Of a stretch of DNA of 64,000 nt, positions 8,166 to 15,229 are shown one piece after another. The notes below the pieces were generated by a model. That model was not told where the DNA came from and made no database searches. It saw only the letters and a program-made list of their open reading frames with translations. The stretch is from Arcobacter nitrofigilis (GTDB lineage Bacteria > Campylobacterota > Campylobacteria > Campylobacterales > Sulfurovaceae), in assembly GCA_022736375.1 (NCBI GenBank), contig DZCE01000002.1, forward strand, positions 732-64,731, given 5' to 3'. Position numbers and translations under genes: made by a program. How positions within the stretch are numbered: the first letter of the stretch is position 1; the number at the start of each line of letters is the position of its first letter.

Positions 8166-8879
8166 CTATTTTAGCGGAACATCCGTTACAGTGAATCCTT
8201 TTTCATTAAATTTAGAATTTCCCTTAGAATTTAGATTACCGTTAATTGTTACATTGCTATTAAATACAACATTTGCGGTGTTAAAAGTTATCTCACCAGC
8301 TGATATCTCTACAGATGAACCATTTACATTCATAATAGCCTTACCTGTCTTTGTGCTAAAGTCGAATTTGAATACAGCTTTCTCGCCATTGTTATTTGTA
8401 GTATGTACAAACAGTTCTCCAGTTTTTGGCGAAATACCGACCGCCCATGAATTCTTTTGATCCCGTGGCACTTTCTGAGGTTTCTTTAAGTTACTAAATA
8501 GGAACAGTGCTTGTTCTTGGGGGATCAGATCCTCTTGCCCATCCCAAGATGACCAGTAGTAATCGTTGGATAGTATATTTTTCCATATAAATACCTCCAT
8601 ACCTTTTACCACTGTAGGCGGAAGAGCTCTATTAGAGTTCATAGATAACCAAGGCATTTTTAGACCCAACCCCACTTTCTTATTTGCACTTTGTTTATTT
8701 CCTTTACTATCCGTATATTTTGACTTAACATCTTTAGTCTTATCTATAGGCATATCTGCGTCAGGTACAACTGATTGTGATGGATTAACATCTAAATACA
8801 ATTGTCCTTCTTCCAAATCTTTCGTCGCTATACCTGTTCCCATTATAACAAGTATAGCACCATTACCAGAATTTGACAT
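8166..8879 (-). CDS. hypothetical virion protein, possible baseplate central spike/needle (gpV / gp5-tip-like C-terminus)
   Basis: The track start is TTG 8903; ATG 8879 (MSNSGNG...) has an AAGGAG SD 7 nt upstream. The C-terminus is a run of short beta-strand repeats (EISAGEITFNTANVVFNSNVTINGNLNSKGNSKF). It is the first gene of the operon that ends in the giant ORF. The functional call is inference only. Confidence 0.3.
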   Translation of the reverse strand: MSNSGNGAILVIMGTGIATKDLEEGQLYLDVNPSQSVVPDADMPIDKTKDVKSKYTDSKGNKQSANKKVGLGLKMPWLSMNSNRALPPTVVKGMEVFIWKNILSNDYYWSSWDGQEDLIPQEQALFLFSNLKKPQKVPRDQKNSWAVGISPKTGELFVHTTNNNGEKAVFKFDFSTKTGKAIMNVNGSSVEISAGEITFNTANVVFNSNVTINGNLNSKGNSKFNEKGFTVTDVPLK

Positions 8880-8907
8880 AGTAGTCTCCTTTCTAATGTA
8901 CAATATA

Positions 8908-8913
8908 AATCAA
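8908..8913 (-). promoter_or_regulatory. Promoter-like core TTGATT at -33 of ATG 8879
   Basis: The context CATTTTAATTGATTTATATT is nearly identical to the 15196 site (TTTTAATTGAT). Confidence 0.4.
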
Positions 8914-8928
8914 TTAAAATGTTTGTAG

Positions 8929-8965
8929 AAAAAATAAGAAACATACTGAGTTTCTTATTTTTTTT
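8929..8965. terminator. A-tract/hairpin/T-tract element (bidirectional terminator-like) in a divergent intergenic region
   Basis: 11-bp stem AAATAAGAAAC/GTTTCTTATTT (8932-8942 / 8950-8960) with a 7-nt loop, flanked by A6 and T8. It lies upstream of both 8879(-) and 9093(+), so its role as a terminator is uncertain. Confidence 0.45.
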
Positions 8966-9092
8966 ACTTATGGTTAATCTATTTTAGATTAATAACTTTC
9001 GTTATTCCACATGTATTATATGCGACTATATTTATAAAATTATCCATCTTGAATATACTTAAATGATTGGACTTAAAATATAAGGAGAGTAT

Positions 9093-9506
9093 ATGGCGGT
9101 ATTTACAGAGACCGATAAACTAACATTAGATAATATCCATAAAAAGAGGATGGATATAGTTGAGAATATTTACAATAAAGTTATAAAAGAACCTGATTCG
9201 GAGTTGATGCTTCCTTTACTACAAATTATGCGTGACGTAGACGGACAGGTGATGAAGAAGGCTATGATAGCTCTTAAAGAAGAAGATCAGAAAACTGATA
9301 GTGATACCGTAACTATGATAGGTGAATTATTACGTCAACACAGTAGACATAGATCTGAGTTACCTACAATAGATGTCAACGAGATGGTTCGAGATCTACC
9401 AACATTAGAACAATTAGGTACTCTCCCTGTTCTAGGAGAGTATGAGGATAATACGAGCCAAATAACATTTGAAGAGATTATGGGTAAGGATGCGGAATAT
9501 GATTAA
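9093..9506 (+). CDS. hypothetical protein, 137 aa
   Basis: ATG 9093 with an AAGGAGAG SD. First gene of a plus-strand five-gene block. Confidence 0.7.
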   Translation: MAVFTETDKLTLDNIHKKRMDIVENIYNKVIKEPDSELMLPLLQIMRDVDGQVMKKAMIALKEEDQKTDSDTVTMIGELLRQHSRHRSELPTIDVNEMVRDLPTLEQLGTLPVLGEYEDNTSQITFEEIMGKDAEYD

Positions 9507-10221
9507 CCGTGCGAATTTCATATTGAAGGTTCTTGAATTAGTGAAGACGTTCGGCGACGAGTATATACCATTACCTAACACCACTCTTAATGAGAAATAC
9601 GGGGTCGGTAGACCTAGCTTGGTCGGTAACGGATATCCGTTTGTTAGATACTTTTCTATAGGAGCACTATCTTCATATGTTAATGGTGGGATAATGGATC
9701 GTGGAGCATTTAATCCGATCAAGGTCGCCTCCGTTAGAAATCAGATACCTCTCGCTATCAAGCCTGTTGGTTCTGAATTTGATTCCAGCAATTATTTTAT
9801 TAAAAAGCATATGGTGATTAATGGTGTCAGATACCACGCTTGGTATGTCAAAAGAATAAGCGATTTCTCTAAGGTTCAAGTTATCGAAAAGAGCGGTTCT
9901 ACTGGTAATGTCATTAATACTAATGATTCGATAATTCTTAACCCTGAAACTATGTCAAGTGATATTAATTTAACAACCATAGAGGTCACGAAGAAGGTAT
10001 TGATATCTCTTACTATAAATGATATAAGCAATTTAATTGAAGTTATCTCATTGCTTAATATAAAATCAAATATAATATCTGAAATAGGTCTATGTTCAGG
10101 TATAGAGTATGATGAAGAATTACATTGTTGTCAAACAGTTGCATTCTCTATGATAGATCAAATTATTAATAATAAAACAGAACCTATTACGTTTACAATT
10201 AACATTGGGAACTTTATATGA
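9499..10221 (+). CDS. hypothetical protein, 240 aa
   Basis: The track start 9469 lies inside the upstream gene. ATG 9499 (MINRANF...) overlaps the upstream stop (TATGATTAA) and has AAGGA 8 nt upstream. Its stop overlaps the ruvC start (ATGA). Confidence 0.65.
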   Translation: MINRANFILKVLELVKTFGDEYIPLPNTTLNEKYGVGRPSLVGNGYPFVRYFSIGALSSYVNGGIMDRGAFNPIKVASVRNQIPLAIKPVGSEFDSSNYFIKKHMVINGVRYHAWYVKRISDFSKVQVIEKSGSTGNVINTNDSIILNPETMSSDINLTTIEVTKKVLISLTINDISNLIEVISLLNIKSNIISEIGLCSGIEYDEELHCCQTVAFSMIDQIINNKTEPITFTINIGNFI

Positions 10222-10751
10222 AAATAGCCATGGGTATAGATCCAGGGACTAGAACATTAGGTATGGCCGCTTTATTCATTAATGACGATGGCGTTATCAG
10301 AAATATGGAGTTGGCAACATTTTACATAGATAAAGATAATGCCTTTAGTTTTGATCCGGAGGATGTGGAATCCAGATTTAAACGCATAGCTTTTATTATA
10401 GACAGTGCTATGAAATACTATTCTCCATATATTGTCGGTACAGAAAAAGTATTATTCAACAAGATGTCTGCCGTTGGATTTGAAACAGCTTTAATGGGGT
10501 CAAAAATTATACAACGGACGTGTATGGCAAATGTTGAATTGGAACAGGTATATGCCTTTACCCCTAGTGATATAAAAAGGAGTGTTGGAGTGAGTGGTAC
10601 AGAGAAAAATAAAAACGTCATACTAAGAGGTGCTATAAATTCTTATGTATTAAAACCATTTGAAGAGATGCTTTATAAAGCAAGTGATCACGAAGTAGAT
10701 GCCGCTATAATGGCGAAATTAGCTTACTTGAAAACAATAGGATTATTTTAA
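10218..10751 (+). CDS. ruvC: RuvC-type Holliday junction resolvase
   Basis: N-terminal MGIDPGTRTLG matches RuvC GIDPGxxxxG. GTEKVLF matches the catalytic AIEQVF. The C-terminal DHEVDAAIMA matches the ADAADALAIA acidic pair. Length 177 aa. Confidence 0.85.
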   Translation: MKIAMGIDPGTRTLGMAALFINDDGVIRNMELATFYIDKDNAFSFDPEDVESRFKRIAFIIDSAMKYYSPYIVGTEKVLFNKMSAVGFETALMGSKIIQRTCMANVELEQVYAFTPSDIKRSVGVSGTEKNKNVILRGAINSYVLKPFEEMLYKASDHEVDAAIMAKLAYLKTIGLF

Positions 10752-10763
10752 AAAGGATAAAAA

Positions 10764-11162
10764 ATGAAAAACTTTTCGGAAAGTGATAAATCTGATGCAA
10801 TCTTAATATCAATTGTTATTACAATTGTAGTGGCAATTATATTAGCTACAATGATGTATGCTGATAGTAATCGTGCAAAGATTCAAAACAATATTATAAA
10901 CGCCCAATTAGTAGCTACGCTACTACAGAGTGGATATATAACCAATAATACCAAATTATTAAACGACTTGAATCTCAAACGAAATCCATCGATTAAGGAT
11001 ATAACAATGACAACGATTGAGGCGGTAGCGACATCTATAGATAGAAATACATCTACTAAGTTTAAACCGAAAATAGAGTGTGTCCCAGTCACCAAAACTG
11101 ATATACAAAATCAAGTATATTCAGATTTATTTAACTTGTATAAGGATACCAAATGCAAATAA
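10764..11162 (+). CDS. probable i-spanin (type II inner-membrane protein)
   Basis: Single N-terminal TM helix AILISIVITIVVAIILATMMYA followed by a polar, helical periplasmic part. Its 3' end overlaps the lipoprotein gene. AAGGA SD. Confidence 0.55.
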   Translation: MKNFSESDKSDAILISIVITIVVAIILATMMYADSNRAKIQNNIINAQLVATLLQSGYITNNTKLLNDLNLKRNPSIKDITMTTIEAVATSIDRNTSTKFKPKIECVPVTKTDIQNQVYSDLFNLYKDTKCK

Positions 11163-11509
11163 AGATATTTTTAGTAACGATTATCATGTTGATAATAACA
11201 TCATGTACAAATACAACTGGTCTTGTTACACACGATGATAAGGTACATAAGAGAACTACACCTAATGACGTTGATACAACTAAACCAATCGTCGCCCCCC
11301 CAAAGGTCATAATAAAAACTGTTAAACAAGTTGAAACAAAGACCGTAGTGGTAAACAAATCTAAGGTGATAGAATTACCACCTCTTCCTGATCCAGAAAA
11401 ATGGAATGGTATGAATGATCAGGAGAGGATAGCTACTCTATTACAGATACTCGGTAAGATCACAATTATCATTAAGGCTAATAATGAACAGGCCTTGATA
11501 GTAAAATAA
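11153..11509 (+). CDS. probable o-spanin (outer-membrane lipoprotein)
   Basis: Signal peptide ending in the lipobox LIITSC, with Cys at aa 18. The mature part is proline-rich (VAPPKV, LPPLPDPE). Overlaps the i-spanin candidate by 10 nt. Confidence 0.55.
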   Translation: MQIKIFLVTIIMLIITSCTNTTGLVTHDDKVHKRTTPNDVDTTKPIVAPPKVIIKTVKQVETKTVVVNKSKVIELPPLPDPEKWNGMNDQERIATLLQILGKITIIIKANNEQALIVK

Positions 11510-11529
11510 AGAAAGTTTTAAAAAATATA

Positions 11530-11565
11530 GTAGTTACCATGGATCGTTCGATCCATGGTAACTAC
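11530..11565. terminator. Bidirectional terminator hairpin between convergent genes
   Basis: Perfect inverted repeat GTAGTTACCATGGATCG/CGATCCATGGTAACTAC between the o-spanin stop (11509) and the 1107-aa gene stop (11600). Confidence 0.65.
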
Positions 11566-11599
11566 ATTACATTTAATTCACATACTAGGTTAATGGAAA

Positions 11600-14500
11600 T
11601 TATATGATCAACATAGGTGGTCCGATAAATATATCCGAATCATCTATTATAGAATCGTTATCGTTATAAACATTTCCTTCGTTCGCGATATTTAACAATG
11701 TTGATTCAATTTGAATATCCTCCGTTAATATTCCGCCATCTCTCGCTATTACGTAACTTCCAGTAAATAATAGATCCATATCATCTTTTTTATTAAAGTT
11801 ATCTTTCGTCCCCGAGAGAGTCATGGTTAAATCTACAACGACATTATTATCCGTCTTTATATCCCGTATATAACTATCTAGCATTGTATAATGTTTAGTA
11901 TCAGATATTTTATTTCTAAATAAATTATTTTTTCCTATCGACATAGATGCCATATCCGTGGTTAAACTCGCCTCATATGTATCATTTTCATCTAATATGT
12001 ATACAATGGTTGGTAAGTCTTTAGATAAAGGTATTCCATTGTTAGTAGTACCTACCAAATGTGTAACAGGCCCTAAGTTATCAGATACTACATCCTGGTA
12101 ATCGGTACCTATAACCATTGTCCTCCTCATTGTAACACTATGTTCTAAATTCACATTAGGTGTATTGACGGCTAATATTTCGCTACCGGAAAATATATTA
12201 CCGGTAGAGGTAGTAGTGGTACTGTAAATCGTCCCGTTGATAACAGTACCGTCTGCCATATAACTATGTCTAGATCGTGATAATATACTAAACCCATTAC
12301 CAAGCTCATTACTAAGTTCCTGTGGATCATTCCCACTACTTGTACCACAAAAGTTGGATATTAATGGGCTGCCTATTCTAATAGTTCCGCCGTCATATGT
12401 ATACATACTGCTCCTTAACTCGGATCTAGATATGATCTTGATTATACTGTCGTCCGATTTATCTACATATATAGGTTCGGCATATCCATATAGATGTATA
12501 GGTATTGAATATTTAGATGATCCGGAACTAACCATACGTCCCCATTCGCTAATACGATATGTTGTATATATCGGTATATGGTCATATGGGATATATGTAC
12601 AGTAATCGAATTCCAGAGTCCCGTAACCTATTCTCATTATAGTATCCGTATCTGAAATACCTCCGTATATTCCATGTCTTAGAGTACTCATATCAGATGT
12701 CTTTTCTTGTCGTACCGGAATATATAGCATCGTGTTATCGTAATCGGACATAGTAACTACTCTAGAGATAACGATTTTACCGTCGTTAGCCATCGGATAT
12801 ATAAATGATGACGGATCCATGTATCGCATGTCTGCTTCGTCCGAATCATATATAGGATTTCCATTCTTATCGTAACCAATGATACGTCGACCTATGGTGT
12901 CGTTACCCATGGTATTGTAGTTAGGGTATACGGTGGTTATATTATATGGTGATGAGCTGGTCGTTTCTGTCGTAGTAGACATCATCTCTGTTGGTAGAAT
13001 TGTGTTTTTAATCTCTATATTAAATGTGAAGTCTATAGGTGGTAAGGTAAGTGTACTAGTGGCATCTAGAATCTTTGCCTCAGTATTACCGCTTAACAAT
13101 AGACTCCCTGGGGTCGGTATTGATACCAACTTATGGCTACTGTTAATGAGTATCTTAGTTAGATATGATGTTAGCTTATCCAACATGGACTTAATTGCAC
13201 CTAATTCCTTTATGTCCTTATTAGGCGAGAACTTATCGCCGAGTATCGCATGTATAATATCTATTAGGAACACATTCGGATCCGTCATATCGTTCAATAT
13301 CTTACTCTTTATCTCATACTTATTTATCAATACATCTGCAGAGTTCCCGTTATCGAAAAGTAGTTCGATAGGGGTAAATATAAGTTTAGTAATCTTAATG
13401 AGTACATCTTTTATATAAGTATTTGGTTCGGTATAGATTAACACTTTTGTAAATATATTGAATAATCTATACTCTTCAATATTACTTTCCATTTGCGATC
13501 GTTCCATAAAGTCTATATTAGCCATCGGTATGTTATTTATCAAAGGAGCCACTATATCTTTAACATAGATTGGTAGTTTAGATATGTAATCTAAAACTGA
13601 TGACAAATCTTTATTTATTCTGTTCCGCATATTTATTCCGGTTACAGTCGATAGATCTGGGATTCTACCACTTTTATGTAGGGTATATAGTAATATCGCT
13701 AGTAGTTCTTCGTTATTTGAAACTAAAATCGACTCACTAGTTTCCGTAGAGAATATATTGACTGTAAATTTTATTCTATTACTTAGTAGAGACCATATTA
13801 TGTATTCGATAACATCGAAGGTAGATAATATAATACTATCCGTAAATGATATTTCTCTTGTCTTCTCTAGGAGTAGATAGCTGGTGCCAGTTTGGATATG
13901 TGGCGTTCTTCTGAATAACAACTCTATATCCGACTTGAATTTATTCAATGTCCAATCATTCTTATTGGTAGAGTTTACGTATAGTAACTTCGTAAATTCA
14001 TCGACACTTATTGATCTATTTTCTTTGTTAGTAATGTCTGTTAGTCTAATAACAGGGTTATATGGTTCGTCTGACCCCGTAATATTGTTTTGTTCTTTCA
14101 TAAGAGTAACGTTGGATATATCGTATCCGGAACTGTGTATTAGATTATCGACTATCATGTCGAATGATTTTCTACTACCAAGTTCTTTATTCAGGTAGCC
14201 TATATTTAGATATAGCCACTGCCGGGAATATTTAGATAAGTACATATACTCTTCCGACAGTTCCTTGTTAGATTTTAATTTCATATCCACTAGATATGAG
14301 TGGGCATATATTGTATTTATCTTGGAAGCTCTTAAATTAACTATCTTCAAGCTAATACCATTATACGCATTGGCCATAAACAACGGTAGATAATTGTCAT
14401 GGTATAGTGCAAATTTCTCGTTTATATGTGTCTTATATACATTCTTAATATATACTTCCAACTGACTTATTATATACTTTTCATTTTCCTCCAACAGTAG

Positions 14501-14923
14501 ACTATCATATCCTAATATTTTAAAATCAGAAGATGATATTAATTCGTCTATTGTCATCGTCGATAATACACCGTTTATAAAAATCATATTATCACTATAA
14601 ATACTACTATATGTTCCGGCATCTCTTTTTAAGAGTTCTCTTTTTGTCAATGGATATTTTTCTATATTAGCTCGATTTAGTAGAATTGTTACACCGTCAT
14701 CAATCGTTTTAATATATATATATTCATCATTCCGGTGGTATTTACCGGATAGATTTAGATAATACTTCCACGTGTATCGATCCGGGGATATCGATGTACC
14801 TAACTCATATTTAGGTAGTTGTTTTAATTCAATATATTTCCCGAGTATATCTAGTTTGAATACTATCGAATAGGCTAGTCTTGACGTATCTTTCATAAAT
14901 TTATTTATACTTTCGATATTCAT
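11600..14923 (-). CDS. large hypothetical protein, 1107 aa (probable virion/tail component)
   Basis: ATG 14923 with an AGGGGGG SD. Monocistronic unit bracketed by hairpins at 11530-11565 and 14979-15003. No catalytic motifs seen. Confidence 0.6.
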   Translation of the reverse strand: MNIESINKFMKDTSRLAYSIVFKLDILGKYIELKQLPKYELGTSISPDRYTWKYYLNLSGKYHRNDEYIYIKTIDDGVTILLNRANIEKYPLTKRELLKRDAGTYSSIYSDNMIFINGVLSTMTIDELISSSDFKILGYDSLLLEENEKYIISQLEVYIKNVYKTHINEKFALYHDNYLPLFMANAYNGISLKIVNLRASKINTIYAHSYLVDMKLKSNKELSEEYMYLSKYSRQWLYLNIGYLNKELGSRKSFDMIVDNLIHSSGYDISNVTLMKEQNNITGSDEPYNPVIRLTDITNKENRSISVDEFTKLLYVNSTNKNDWTLNKFKSDIELLFRRTPHIQTGTSYLLLEKTREISFTDSIILSTFDVIEYIIWSLLSNRIKFTVNIFSTETSESILVSNNEELLAILLYTLHKSGRIPDLSTVTGINMRNRINKDLSSVLDYISKLPIYVKDIVAPLINNIPMANIDFMERSQMESNIEEYRLFNIFTKVLIYTEPNTYIKDVLIKITKLIFTPIELLFDNGNSADVLINKYEIKSKILNDMTDPNVFLIDIIHAILGDKFSPNKDIKELGAIKSMLDKLTSYLTKILINSSHKLVSIPTPGSLLLSGNTEAKILDATSTLTLPPIDFTFNIEIKNTILPTEMMSTTTETTSSSPYNITTVYPNYNTMGNDTIGRRIIGYDKNGNPIYDSDEADMRYMDPSSFIYPMANDGKIVISRVVTMSDYDNTMLYIPVRQEKTSDMSTLRHGIYGGISDTDTIMRIGYGTLEFDYCTYIPYDHIPIYTTYRISEWGRMVSSGSSKYSIPIHLYGYAEPIYVDKSDDSIIKIISRSELRSSMYTYDGGTIRIGSPLISNFCGTSSGNDPQELSNELGNGFSILSRSRHSYMADGTVINGTIYSTTTTSTGNIFSGSEILAVNTPNVNLEHSVTMRRTMVIGTDYQDVVSDNLGPVTHLVGTTNNGIPLSKDLPTIVYILDENDTYEASLTTDMASMSIGKNNLFRNKISDTKHYTMLDSYIRDIKTDNNVVVDLTMTLSGTKDNFNKKDDMDLLFTGSYVIARDGGILTEDIQIESTLLNIANEGNVYNDNDSIIDDSDIFIGPPMLII

Positions 14924-14978
14924 TATGGTCCCCCCTTTATTATAAATCAGAGAAAAACTTTATTAGAGTAAAAAAAAT

Positions 14979-15003
14979 AGGAAGAACCATGATGGTTCTT
15001 TCT
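14979..15003 (-). terminator. Hairpin plus T8 on the minus strand, upstream of the 1107-aa gene
   Basis: AGGAAGAACCAT/ATGGTTCTTTCT. The minus strand reads hairpin-CCTATTTTTTTTAC. No minus-strand gene lies upstream of it. Confidence 0.4.
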
Positions 15004-15195
15004 ACCGTCATTATATTATATTAAAAAATGTTATCCTGATTGTTGTTATGTAAATACAAAGTAATATATGTCATATTCTATAGAAGATCAAAATAACTAC
15101 GGTTATCTGGTTTTATAACCAATATTAGTATACTGAATTTAAAAAAACAATTACATACTTTCTAAATTTTAATAAAAGAATACATAGCTTTTTAA

Positions 15196-15201
15196 TTGAT
15201 A
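15196..15201 (+). promoter_or_regulatory. Promoter-like core TTGATA at -33 of ATG 15230
   Basis: Context GCTTTTTAATTGATATTTTA. Same 38-nt distance from TTAATTGAT to the ATG as at 8908. Confidence 0.4.
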
Positions 15202-15229
15202 TTTTAATTAAAAAAGCAAGGGAGTATAA

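Noticed and set aside
9432-9879. Minus-strand ORFs 9432-9722 and 9673-9879, and similar internal ORFs (for example 10418-10621, 10883-11095, 11131-11358, 37501-37698, 26549-26764).
   Set aside because: They are fully embedded in longer ORFs that have SD sequences and recognisable features. They have no ribosome-binding sites, and their composition is typical of off-frame or antisense translation of AT-rich coding DNA.
14924-15229. tRNA or other structured ncRNA genes in the longest intergenic regions (14924-15229, 49453-49664, 54800-54951, 8880-9092).
   Set aside because: All are extremely AT-rich, with no cloverleaf-compatible GC-rich stems and no conserved tRNA boxes. Only the simple hairpins already listed are present.
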